This document shows, piece after piece, positions 22,270 through 33,760 of a DNA stretch of 64,000 bases. The position numbers and the translations under genes were made by a program. The notes beneath the pieces are model-generated. The model did no database searches and had not been told where the DNA came from. It worked only from the letters and a program-made list of their open reading frames with translations. The DNA comes from Mobula birostris (taxonomy: Eukaryota). The stretch spans positions 26,467,821 through 26,531,820 of the forward strand of contig NC_092379.1 of NCBI RefSeq assembly GCF_030028105.1. Reading direction: 5' to 3'. How positions within the stretch are numbered: the first letter of the stretch is position 1; every line of letters starts with the position of its first letter.

Positions 22270-23050
22270 CTAAGGCCATGTGACATATGTCATTATACCT
22301 AACATACAGCAGGCCGCATCACGTCTTGAAAAGAGGAAACTTTGTGTCCGAATTTTGTTTCTAGGTTTTCGTTCGGTATTCAACACTGTTGTCCCACAGA
22401 CATTTGCCAGGAGACCCTTACTGCTCATTTTAAGTATACTACTGCAAAATTGTACTGGACTGCCGAATCAACGAACTACAGGTAGACAGGACGCACAGCG
22501 TTACACCATCTCCAGCATCTTTAACATGAGTGCCACTCAGAATTCTTTGCTGACTCCACTGTTGTACGCTCGGTTCACAAACTACCACAGGACCAATGTT
22601 CTGAACAAAAATATGGAGACACGGCACTGGTGAGACTCACCACCAAACGCCCTGTAGAGAGGAGGTGCAAGAGCCTGCAACTGGGATCCATGGAATTAAT
22701 GTCTTCATAAAAAGTTACCAAAACAAAGGAGATAGCGACTGACTTTTGGACAGCACGGAATACTAACACCATTGTGTGCATTAACACTACAGCAGTGGAA
22801 ACTGCGAGCAGTTTAAGTCGCCGGGGCACATATCTCTCACAACAGTCATGGTCCTAGAGCAAACCTTAAACAATCAGGAAAGGGTAATAGAGCCTATATT
22901 TCCTTTCTTTTTTTTTTTTTTATTTTTCTCCTGACGACAGCGGAGAGCTGGATTATGCATATCTTTACTCGCATCTATCTACCGTCGCTTATGTTGTGAA
23001 TCGCCTAACTTGCCGCAGCACTGCCTGGCCCAGAGACAACTACGCAGCGA
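22270..23050 (+). mobile_element. Rex1/Babar-like RT fragment
   Basis: ORF 22280-22633: AASRLEKRKLCVRILFLGFRSVFNTVVP resembles VRxLFxDFSSAFNTI. Confidence 0.65.
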
Positions 23051-23290
23051 ACAGGTTTTGATTCGTGGTTAATCAAACCTTACCAATCATAACCAGCTCT
23101 AGCATCCACGCCAACAGGGACATAGATATAGAATAATACCAAAAAACGGCCAGCGGTATCTCCCTGCTAGTGAACGATTTGACACACACCCAGCAGGTTG
23201 GAGGCCAAATATCTTCCAGATCGGCATCGCCAGACTCCAAAATGCTTAAAATGCTTCCCTTCGCCAAGATAAATCAAGCTGGAAAACAGA

Positions 23291-23445
23291 NNNNNNNNNN
23301 NNNNNNNNNNNNNNNNNNNNNNNNNNNNNNNNNNNNNNNNNNNNNNNNNNNNNNNNNNNNNNNNNNNNNNNNNNNNNNNNNNNNNNNNNNNNNNNNNNNN
23401 NNNNNNNNNNNNNNNNNNNNNNNNNNNNNNNNNNNNNNNNNNNNN
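23291..23445. other. Assembly gap (155 N)
   Basis: Run of N in the sequence. Confidence 1.
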
Positions 23446-23882
23446 ACCCAACTCTACACCGAAAGTTCAGCGGATGCTAAGCAAGGAAGATATCCATCAG
23501 ATTTTTCTCTATCACTCTACGCTCCCAAACAAGTATGCGTATATACACAGCTCTCTCTCTCTATCTATCTATCTCACGCAGACACAGACACACACACAAA
23601 CAAACAAACAAACATTTGCCGAGTGATTGCGGTTTGAATTTAAGCGCTCATATTTCTCTTGCGGTATTAATGTACAGTTTACAAAATAAATGAGATAGCA
23701 GAGGCTCTAGATCTCACTGCGACATTGGGAAGAGCAGTGCGGTTACACCATTGCTGAGTTTTCACAGACAAAGGCAAGGGAACCTTCAACAGGTACTGTT
23801 AGTGGCAGCAAACCACAAACAGAAAATGAACGTACAAATGAATCTAGCTGCAGCGATCAAAGCATGAATTCTACAGTAAGTA

Positions 23883-23921
23883 AAATTTTGTATCAACATA
23901 TAACTAGAATGCATCACTGTG
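23883..23921 (-). promoter_or_regulatory. V(D)J recombination signal sequence with 23-bp spacer
   Basis: Minus strand: heptamer CACAGTG (perfect, 23921-23915), 23-nt spacer ATGCATTCTAGTTATATGTTGAT, nonamer ACAAAATTT (6/9 match to ACAAAAACC). It directly abuts the YYCVLS end of the V exon. Confidence 0.95.
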
Positions 23922-24228
23922 CGGCTTAGGACACAGTAATAAACTGCAGAGTCGCTCATTTGCAGCTTTGAGATGGTGACGCTAAATAGTTTTCCTCCCT
24001 CGTCCAGAGAGGATTTGAAACGTCTTTTGGCAAATTCGGCTTTCTCATCAGGTCCCCAGGAAGTTCTGTGCAGTATGTACTCGAGACTGTGTTCTGGCCT
24101 TTGTCGGTACCAGTATAAATAATAGTTGGTCCATGTAGTATCATAGTTGCAGTTGAAAGTTATAGCTTCTTGTAATGGCTTCACTTCTGGTTCCATTGTT
24201 TGAGTGACAGAATTTCCATGACTCGTAT
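23922..24228 (-). CDS. TRAV/TRDV: T-cell receptor alpha/delta variable segment, V exon (open frame)
   Basis: After a poly-T/AG acceptor it reads (D)TSHG-NSVTQTMEPEVKPLQEAITFNCNYDTTWTNYYLYWYRQRPEHSLEYILHRTSWGPDEKAEFAKRRFKSSLDEGGKLFSVTISKLQMSDSAVYYCVLS. Both V-domain cysteines, WYRQ and DSAVYYC are present, with a 23-RSS. YYLYWYRQ and EFAxxRF are typical of alpha/delta V. Alpha versus delta use cannot be decided from germline sequence. Confidence 0.93.
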
Positions 24229-24333
24229 CTAAAAAAAAAGTCAAAACATGAAATATTATGTTATACTCAGGGCTTTTTTTTATTCAGAATTTAGTTTCGA
24301 GAAGACTTTTTGAGTTGTGTGCTGCGTACAAAC

Positions 24334-24379
24334 CAGTTAACCAGGTTCCCCACATGACCCAGACGACGAATCTCCACAT
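24334..24379 (-). CDS. TRAV/TRDV: Leader (signal peptide) exon of the TCR V segment
   Basis: 46-nt exon ATG..ACT G encodes MWRFVVWVMWGTWLT. Donor G|GTTTGT and a phase-1 105-bp intron join it in frame to the V exon. The 46-nt length and phase are typical of Ig/TCR leaders. Confidence 0.8.
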
Positions 24380-24461
24380 TGTTTTTATAAAGAATGGTTT
24401 GAATAATATTCTCCTCAACAAATTGTCAACGCGATTCAGGACATTCCGATTCTATTATTTA

Positions 24462-24471
24462 AGTGACATAA
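24462..24471. promoter_or_regulatory. CRE-like TCR V promoter decamer candidate (AGTGACATAA)
   Basis: One mismatch to the AGTGAYRTCA decamer of TCR V promoters, about 85 bp upstream of the leader ATG. Confidence 0.3.
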
Positions 24472-25644
24472 TGGGCAGGAAATGCAAAACACCCAATGGG
24501 AATGTGGCCTCTTGATACATGCTCCGCCTATTGCCGCAAATGCGACAGGTCCATGTACCTCAAGGACAAAGCGTCTCACTGACTGAGACAGCTCTCTGAC
24601 GACATAAGACTGCAGCTCTCGAAAAAACATTTTTTTTCTTTTTCATGGTATAGACGATCGTCATACCAAAGAGATGTACGGTGGAAATGCTAAAAGAGAA
24701 CTGCTTGCCGACTTTCAGCTAAGCACCGATAACTACAAGGGCAAATCTCAGATGGAGGACAGCTCCTGAGGCATATGTTATATATGGCATATCTCGAAAT
24801 GTTTCAAAGAGACAAACAATGCTAAATTAAATTGGCCACATCACTGAAGAACTGCAGTTCTGTATGATGGAGATATTGTACACATAATAGCAAATAATAA
24901 TTTCTGCTTCTCGATTTCTATCCTTTCGCACTTGCCAATGATGCACTTCATTCTCTGTGCAAAGGTGTCTGTATCTGCATGTCCGTCTCCGTTAGAGCTC
25001 GTGTTCGTGCGCGCGAATGTGTGTGTGTGTGTGTGTTTGTGTGTGTGCTCAAATCCTGTCATTTCTGCATTCGCTATCTGTTGGTTTTTCAGTGCTAACT
25101 GAGTTTGGCAACACCCAGACTAGCGCTTTCAGTGCAAGCTCCACGATACGTTGAGCTCGATGGCGTGGCGATATACGGCGCAATACGACACAGGGTCTCC
25201 TAAAATATTTCCATGTAATCCTTCAGTCCTTTTACAGCTCAGCGTAAAACCTGCCCAGAAATTCTGGAGAGACTTGGACATATAACAGCCGATATGTCGG
25301 ACATATCTCACGATTCTGAAATAAATGTTGCATGCCCCTTCAAATGCGTATACTTCAATGTTTTGTCTGTTCATTCTCAACTATAAATTGAACCAAAACG
25401 TGACTGACCTAATGTATTGCGGCGATTATGCTTCTCGCTCCTCCCTGATAAAATACACCAGAATCCTCAACAACCCAGGAGTGCACGAGCTCCACTGTAC
25501 AAAGGTTGCCCATTTTTACAGATTCTCAGCTGGCAGCACAACCAAATTAATATCTAAAGAGCACAAATAATGAATGCCCTGTGGCATATAGGGCTTACTC
25601 CTTTTCCTCCTCTCCATCTCGCTCAAAACCTGTCTCCCCCTCTC

Positions 25645-26225
25645 AATGGAGACAGCCGTGAGAAGCACGGAGGAACGCCTGAAGAAACTTCTGAAATGCC
25701 TGCTTCGCTGTCGCTGCTAGTGTGCGAGCGAATATCTCCGGAAGGGAAGGCCGCAAATCCTCGGCTATGTCTATTGCTTGTTGCCGGGGTCGGGGTCGAA
25801 GCGCTCGGCTGAGATGGCGCTCTGTGCTCGGTGTCGGAGAGCTGTTCGGAGGCTCGAAGTTTTCGGACGGACTCGGAATCGGATTGTGGTAGGGTGCTTC
25901 CAGGATGCTGCTTCGGCAGGTTTGCTGCGCTGGAAGCTTATGGCAGAAAGGGTTTTCTTTCTTCAACCGTCTGCGTGAGATAATGGGACTTTCGAGAGAC
26001 TTTGAGACTTTTTAACTTACCGATGGACTGTTCTTCTGTCAAATCACGGTACTGCTTGCACTGTTGTAACTATATGTTAAAATTATGTGTTTATTTGTCA
26101 GTTTTTTTTTTCTTGGTTTGTCCTGTGTTTCTGTGATATCATTCTGGAGGAGCAAATTGTATCATTTATTAAAGCATGCATTACTAAATGACAACAAAAG
26201 AGGACTGTGTGTCTTCATAATCTAA
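25645..26225 (+). mobile_element. Unclassified ~600-bp SINE-like repeat, copy 2
   Basis: Homology to 18594-19156. Ends AAGAGGACTGTGTGTCTTCATAATCTAAAAA. Confidence 0.7.
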
Positions 26226-26446
26226 AAAAAAAAAATCTACCTGCGTCAGTATCCCTGTATATCTTACTGTTTGGTTCTACTCAGTCTCTTTCTCTAAAAC
26301 TCTTGTTATCTATCTACCTCCAGGTCGCAGACTTCCTCCAGCTATCAATATCTCCCCATTTTCTATTGTCTCTTTCTAGGTCCTTGATACATGTATCATT
26401 TTGTTACTTTTCTCTTTTTTTTATTACAGGATGTCTCTTTCTCCAT

Positions 26447-26448
<2 letters not shown>

Positions 26449-26522
<74 letters not shown>
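26449..26522. repeat. (CT)37 microsatellite
   Basis: Directly visible. Confidence 0.98.
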
Positions 26523-26526
<4 letters not shown>

Positions 26527-26759
26527 GACTCTCTCTCTCCCTTCTCCCTCACTCTCTGTTATTCTCTCAGTGCCTCGATCGACTTGCCATTTTCTTCGTT
26601 TGTCTTGCTGTTTGTCTGCTACGTATGCCTGTAATTTAATCTTTTCCATTATTTACCCTCTCTCTTCCTCCCTCGCTTCTATACTCTTTGGGTTTGCCCG
26701 TGTGCTTATTGTATTATCATCTCCCATACTTACGCTTATATGTGTCTCTTTCCCTTTTG

Positions 26760-27095
26760 CCTGCTACTCTGGCAGTGATTTCATGCATTAATTTCTCACT
26801 ATAGATGTTCTTCCACTGAGTGTTTTCCAACGACAGGACATTCAACTGACTCCCTATCCTTTCTTCACTTTTCCAGCCTATGTCCTCCCTGCTTCCTCTT
26901 TATTTTACCCTGACTGGTTTTTCATCTGGCACCTACCAGCCTTCTCCTTCCTACCCTCCCCCCATCTTCTTTAAGATGGCCTCTCTCTTCAGTCCTGACG
27001 AAGTGTTCCGGCACAAAAAGTTGACTGATCATTTGCACGCATACTGCCAGGCCTGCTGAGTTCCTCCAGCGTGTTGTGAGTGTTGCTTCCTCCTT
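26760..27095 (+). mobile_element. Penelope-like element 3' terminus with degenerate hammerhead motif
   Basis: Pyrimidine-rich 3' region, then CAGTC-CTGACGA-AGTGTTCCGGCAC-AAAA-AG-TT-GACTG (26990-27027) and the same arm as the 17842 and 55000 palindromes. Confidence 0.7.
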
Positions 27096-28149
27096 ACAGC
27101 GACGTCTGCCGCACAATTCTTCCCTCATTGTTTCCGCTCACTGCCTCTGCTCGACACGCCGCTCCAGCGCCCCTCAAGGGCCCTCAAGTCACTCTACCGC
27201 TGGCGTTAGATCTAGCAGGGACCGCAGTGCATCTCCTTCCAGTGCCAGAGCAAGGTGCACCGCCGTCTCGCTGGGACTCCACCCGTGGTGCCATGCAGCA
27301 AGTTTGACTTGCACCATTTATGGCTCCAGGCGGCTGGTACTGTGTTATCTGTAGAGCGTCGGGATCGACTTTGAGGCGCACTTCGTCGACGTCCTTTGAT
27401 CTTCCTGTTGCTCTGACAACGTCTGCGTTGGTGCCCATCCCCCACGGCTACGGTGTCCTGGGCTTCCAGGTGCGGGTCGCTGCGGAGGCTAGTGATGTTC
27501 TCCGCTCTGCCCCCCAGGTTCAGGAACGTGGGTACACTGGCTCCGTCGGCGCTCCCTGGGAAGGTACAATGCTCGGATCCAAAGTTTTCACTCCGGATCC
27601 TGTCTTCACGAGCATTGCCCGTGGGTGAGGGTGACGCATGCTGCTCTATACAACGTCTTATTCCACGGGTCATAAGGCAGTCTATCCACCGTTGTACTTC
27701 TCTAATCTCCCCGTCGATCTCGCATCCCACTTCTACCACCAATGTGGCCGAAATTTTGTACATAATGACAGACAAGGAATCTCTTTATCTCAACAGTAGT
27801 TTTATTGTGATAGACACAGACAGACCAGGCAGCATGACCCGGAGAGTGAATCCCAACCTGTCTCACACCAACGAGTGAGGTGACCATCACACACCCATGT
27901 TACAGTTTGGGTGACCCATATATACACAAGCAAATAACTGCATAACCCGAGCTAAAATGTAACAATAAACGAACTGAAACTCCCCACCATAATCACACAA
28001 AAGCATCTTAGCACAAAAAAAAAAAAAAAAAAAAAAAAAAAACAAACAAAAAAAACAGTACTGGTCATTAGAAATGTGGGGGCAGGCTGTAGACAACGCC
28101 CAACCCGGAAAGTCACAATATTAACCTTTCGCCCATCAAAATATTTAAC

Positions 28150-31100
28150 GCGCAAGGAGTGTTCTAGGTCGACGGACGACTGGTGATCGGAGTATCGGAG
28201 GATCAGCCGTTGTAGGTAGGCCGAGGAAGATCGGGACTACCTAGGTATTACCTGAGGAGAGAGGTAAAACTGCGCAGGCGCGGGTGACGTCGACGGCGAA
28301 CGCGGAGTTTAAAAAAGGGGCCAAATTTCAGGTGCGGGCCGCGTCAGTGCGCGTGAGCAGAGTGCTTGGCTTTGGCTCAGTGGACTTAGGCGTAAGGGGG
28401 TCTTCGGTGAGAGGTCATCAGTGAGCCTGAGTACGTGCTTGCTGAGATAAAAAAGGTAAAGTCGGTAGGTACGTTTTCATTATTCTGACTAATCTGGGAT
28501 CAGGTAATGCAAGAGATAGTTTGAACAGTGGTGTGCTCCGTATGCAGTATGTTGGAGGTCAGGGTCAACGTAGTTGTCCCTGATGACCACACCTGCCGAA
28601 GGTGCATCTAGCAGCAGTTCCTATCAGAGCGAGTTAGAGAATTGGAACTGGAGCTGGATGAACTGCGGATCATTCGGGAGGCTGAGACAGAGATAGATAA
28701 GAGTAATCGGGAGGTAGTCACACGGAAAAGACGGGAGGTAGGTAACTGGGTGACTGTGAGGAGATGGAGTGGGAGCAGGCAGAGAGAGCAGAGCACCCCT
28801 GTGGCCATTCCCATCAGCAATAAGTATACCGTTTTGGATACTGTTGGTGGGGATAGGGGATTCTATAGTCAGGGGGTGGCAGATAGGAGATTTTGTGTGG
28901 GAGATCGGGAGTCTCGGATGGTATGTTGCCTCCCTGGTACCGGGGTCCGGGACATCTCAGATCGGGTGCAGGTTATTCTCGAGAGGGAGGGCAAAAATCC
29001 AGATGTTATGGTCCGTGTAGGAACCAACGACGTGGATAGGAAGAGTGAGGGGGTCCTGCGTAGTGAGTTCAGGGAGTTAGGTGTGAAGCTGAAGGGCAGG
29101 AGCTCTAGGGTAACAATTTCAGGATTGCTACCTGTGCTACTTGCGACTGAGGCGAGGAACAGAAGGATTATACAGATCAAAACGTGGCTGAGAGGATGGT
29201 GCAGGAGGGAGGGCTTCAGTTTTTTTAGATAATTGGGCTTTGTTCCAGGGAAGATGGGATCTGTTCCGACGGGAAGGTTTACACCTGAACTGGAGGGGTA
29301 GTAACATTCATGCAGGAAAGTTTGCTAGTGCTGCTTCGGGGTGTCTAAACTAAATTTGCAGGGGGCAGAGATCCAGACTATGAGAGAGGATAGCGAGATG
29401 AAGTATAAAGGACAGGTGGGGATTACACGGTTCCGGAATAATAAGTGTGAAGTAGAGAAAGGTGAGGCGGAACGAGTGATAAGGAGGATACATGTGAAGA
29501 GGGATGACCTGACGGAGCATGGAGTTAAATGTGCAGAAAGAGTAAGTGTATTTAAGAAAGACAACAAAATTTAAGGAGCGTATAGCCCGGTGAGAGTTCG
29601 GGGAGATGGGTTATGCACAACAGGCAGCGATTGAAACAGAGAGAGGAGAAATGGGTTAAAATTTCTATATCTTAATGCACGAAGTGTCAGAAATAAGGCG
29701 GATGAGCTTGAAGCTCAGGTGCGAATGGGTAACTATGATGTTGTTGGGATAACGGAGACATGGCTACAGGGGGATCAGACCTGGGAATTCAATGTACAAT
29801 GGTATACTTGCTATCGAAGGGACAGAAATGTGGGCAGAGGGGGTGGGGTGGCCTTGTTGGTGAGGAATGAGATTTAGTCCTTTGCAAGGGGGGGGGCATA
29901 GAGTCAGAAGAAGCAGAGTCAGTGTTGATAGAACTGAGGAACAGTAAGGGCAGAAAGACCCTAATAGGTTTTATTTACAGGCCCCCAAACAGTAGCATGG
30001 ATATTGGGTGCAAGTTGAATAGGGAGTTAACAATGGCATATAGCAAAGGAAATGTCTCAGTAGTTATGGGGGATTTCAACATGCAGGTGAACTGGGAAAA
30101 TCAGGTTAGTACTGGACCTCAGGATAGGGAGTTTGTAGAGTACCTGCAGGATGCATTTTTGGAGCAGCTTGTACGAGAGCCGACCAGGGATAAGGCTATT
30201 CTGGATTTAGTGTTGTGCAATGAACAGGATTTGATAAGTGATTTTGAAGTAAAGGAGCCATTAGGAGGTAGTGACCATAATATGGTAAGTATTTATTTGC
30301 AAGCTGAGAGGTAAAAAGGGCAGATCAGAAGTGTCAGTATTGCAGTTGAACAAAGGAGACTATGGAGCCATGTGGGAGGAGATGGCCAAAGTTGACTGGT
30401 CGGATATTCTAGGAGAAAAGACAGTGGGAAAACAATGACAGGTATTCTTGGGAATAATGCACAAGGTGCAACATCAGTTCATCCCCCGGCGAAGGAAGGA
30501 TTCAAAGGGGGTAATGTGGCCACAGTCGTTACAAAGGGAGTCAGAGATAGCATAGCATTAAAAAAAAAAAGAAGTAGAATAGAGAGAAGCTGAGTGGGAA
30601 GACGGATGATTGGGAATTTTTTAAGGAGTAAGAGATCTTAACTGAAAAGGCAAAACGGGGAGAAAAAATGAGGTATGAACGCAAGCTAGCTAGGAATATA
30701 AAGGAGGATAGCAAAAGTCTTTTTTTTAGGTATGTGAAGAGAAGAAAGATAGTTAAGAACAATGTTGGGCCCTTGTAGAATGAATTGGAAGAAATTATTA
30801 TGGGAAACAGAGAAATGGCAGACGAATGTAATAAGTACTTTGGATCTGTTTTCACTAGGGAAGACACAAGCAATTTCCCAGATGGATGGATGGGCCAAGG
30901 ACATAGGGTAACAGAGGAACTGAAACCGATTGACATTAGGAAGGAAACGGTGATGAGTAGACTGATAGGACTGAAGGCTAACAAATCCCCAGGTCTAGAT
31001 GGTCTGCATCCTAGGGTACTAAAGGAGGTGGCTCAGGAAATTGCGGATGCATTAGTGATAATTTTCCAATGTTCCTTAGATTCAGGATCAGTTCCTGAGG

Positions 31101-32576
31101 ATTGGCGCATGGCTAATGTTATCCCACTTTTTAAGAAAGGAGGGAAGGAGAAAACAGAGAACTATCGCCCTGTTAGCCTAACGTCAGTGGTGGAGAAGAT
31201 GCTAGACTCCATTATTAAAGAAGAAAAAGCGGCATATCTTGATAGCAGTGATAGGATTGGGCCGAGCCAGCATAGATTTACCAAGGGCAAATCATGCTTA
31301 ACTGATCTATTGGAGTTTTTCGAGGATGTGATCAGGAAGATAGACGCGGGAGATCCAGTGGATGTGGTGTACCTCGACTTTCAGAAGGCATCTGATAAGG
31401 TACCACATAGGAGATTGGTGGGTAAAATCAGAGCTCATGGCATTGCGGGGTGGATATTGACATGGATAGAAAACTGGTTGGCAGATAGAAAGCAAAGTGT
31501 AGCAGTGAATGGGTGTTTCTCGGAATGGCAGGTGGTGACTAGTGGGGTGCCACAGGGCTCGTTATTGGGACCACAGCTGTTTACAATTTACGTCAATGAT
31601 TTAGTGGAAGGCATTGTGAATAGCATCAGCAAGTTTGCTGATGATACTGAGCTGGGTGGCAGTGTGACATGTGATGAGGATGTTAGGAGAATTCAAGGTG
31701 ACTTCGATAGGCTGGGTAACTGGGCAGAAACCTGGCAGATGGCGTTTAATATGAATAAGTGTGAGTTTATTCGCTTTGGGAACAAGAAAAGGAAGGTAGA
31801 ATATTACCTGAATTAACTGAACTGTGTGGAGTTAGGTAAGGGAGAAATACAAAGAGATCTAGGAGTACATGTTCAACAGTCTCTGAAGGTGAATGAGCAA
31901 GTGCAGCAGGCAGTGAAGAAGGCTAATGGAATGTTGCTTTTATTACAAAGGGAATTGAGTATAAGAGCAAGGAAATCCTTTTACATTTGTACAGAGCCCT
32001 GGTGAGACCACACTTGGAGTATTGTGTGCAGTTTTGGTCTCCAGGATTAAGGAAGGACATCCTGGCTGTGGAGGAGGTGCAGCGTAGGTTCACTAGGTTA
32101 ATTCCTGGGATGTCCAGACTGTCTTACGCAGATAGGTTAGAGAGACTGGACGTGTACAGGCTGGAATTAAGGAGATTGAGGGGGGGATCTGATTGAGACA
32201 TATAAGATTATTAAGGGATTGGACAAGATAGAGGCAGAAAATATGTTCCAGATGCCGGGAGAGTCCAGTACCAGAGGGCATGGTTTAAGAATAAGGGGTA
32301 GATCATTTAGGACAGAGTTGAGGAGAAACTTCCTCTCCCAGAGAGTTGTGGAGGTGTGGAACGCGCTGCTTCAGAAGGCAGTGGAGGCCCATTCTCTGGA
32401 AGCTTTCAAGAAGGAGCTAGATAGGTATCTTAGGGATAGGGGAATCAAGGGTTATGGGGACAAGGCAGGAACAGGGTATTTATAGTAGATTATCAGCCAT
32501 GATATCAGACTGGCGGTGCAGGCTCGAAGGGCCGAATGATCTACTTCTTCAGCTATTGTCTATTGTCTATTGTCTA
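28150..32576 (+). mobile_element. Near-full-length CR1 LINE (5'UTR, SGNH-type ORF1, APE-RT ORF2, 3' tail), inactivated
   Basis: ORF1 with CCLPG and VRVGTND. APE motifs YRPPNS, MGDFN, LDL, SDH. RT ORF 30785-31816 with NYRPVSLTS, YLDFQKA, GVPQGSLLGP, KFADD. (TATTGTC)n tail at 32554-32576. Several stops and frameshifts. Confidence 0.95.
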
Positions 32577-32799
32577 TATTTTCGTCCACAACATCACATC
32601 AGCTGAAATTCTCTTCAATATATGTCAAAATGCTGATGAAGATTCGTCAAGGTAAACTCCCAGTTAACAGTATCGAACCAAGGTGTTTTGAACGTGAAGG
32701 AGTAGCAGCCACAGATTAGGGGAGCTTGGGAAGAGAAAAGAACAATATTCCGATGTTACAGTCTTCAGCGACTAGCAGAAGAAATAAATAGACTTGACG

Positions 32800-33300
32800 A
32801 AAGAAAACAAGAATGGCGCCCTCGGACATATCAAACCAGCTGGAGGGTCTTGGACTATTTTGGAGATAGGTTATTATAGACCATTGGAATCTATCCCAGT
32901 AGAGTACAACTATAGTTGTGACTAGGTGAATATGTTCTAAAAGTGATGGAAAGCTGCTTCAACTGAGACAAACATGGCTAAAGCTACAGCAGAAATCTTA
33001 TTGGAAAGGGTTTTTGCTCTCTATGGATTACGTAGGTGTACAGAATCAGATCAAGGCACAGCTTTTTGTGCTCAGATAATGCGAAGTGTAATTACAGTTT
33101 TCGGGATGAAGCAGGGACGTCTTACAACAAATAGCACACAATCCCGTGGAAATGTGAAACAGACGATTCGATTGTCAAAAAGATGCAATAAAACGGAACA
33201 ACGAGACAGGCTTTGCCTTATGGATTGATGTTTATAGGAAACACAATGGGATCATGATGTTTATAGGAAACACAATGGGATCATCAACGTTCAAGGTCAC
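32800..33300 (+). mobile_element. Gypsy integrase core fragment
   Basis: ORF 32974-33228: TAEILLERVFALYGL..ESDQGTAF. Confidence 0.7.
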
Positions 33301-33760
33301 TAGTAAAGTAGGTGAAGGAGAGGCAGTGGAAGATTTTTGCATGAACTTCAGTACGGCATTTGAGGAAGTTCTGCATGTGACGCCGGTCAAGACAATCCAG
33401 ATGCCTGAGATTTAGGAACAGGTAGTAAATATGATTTGGCATTATCTTTCTGGAAAACTTCTGATAGTTGTTTTAGAGGGTTTCCCCTTTGACTGGTGGA
33501 CTGTGACTAGGCGTGTGCCACATGGATCGATGCTGGGTCCTTTGTTTGTTTGTTTGTTTTTTTTTGTTTTTTTTATTTATTTTTGTCATCCACATCGATA
33601 ATCTGGATGATAAAGTGGTAAGCAGGATCAGTGAATTTGCGCAGGACACCAAGATTTACAGTGTAATTAACATTAAAAAAGTCGACCAAGGATTACAGTG
33701 GGATCTGGATCAGTGGAATAATGGGTGAAAATGCTAGATAAAGATTACAGCAGACAGGTC
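33300..33760 (+). mobile_element. CR1 RT fragment
   Basis: IHIDNLDDKVVSRISEFAQDTKI (degenerate FADD region). Confidence 0.6.

Noticed and set aside
24380-24390. TATAAAA immediately upstream of the leader ATG
   Set aside because: It is only a few nt from the ATG, too close to serve as the TATA box for this start codon.
25129-25480. Scattered V-like words (GRFYAEL, GDPVSYCAV, EDSGVFY) upstream of the real V
   Set aside because: They lie in different frames and the wrong order, with no WYRQ and no credible RSS.
26207-26791. 194-aa hydrophobic ORF
   Set aside because: Translation of a (CT)n microsatellite and pyrimidine-rich flanks.
33226-33283. Perfect 29-bp tandem duplication
   Set aside because: It lies in a decayed Gypsy integrase fragment and is an ordinary slippage duplication.
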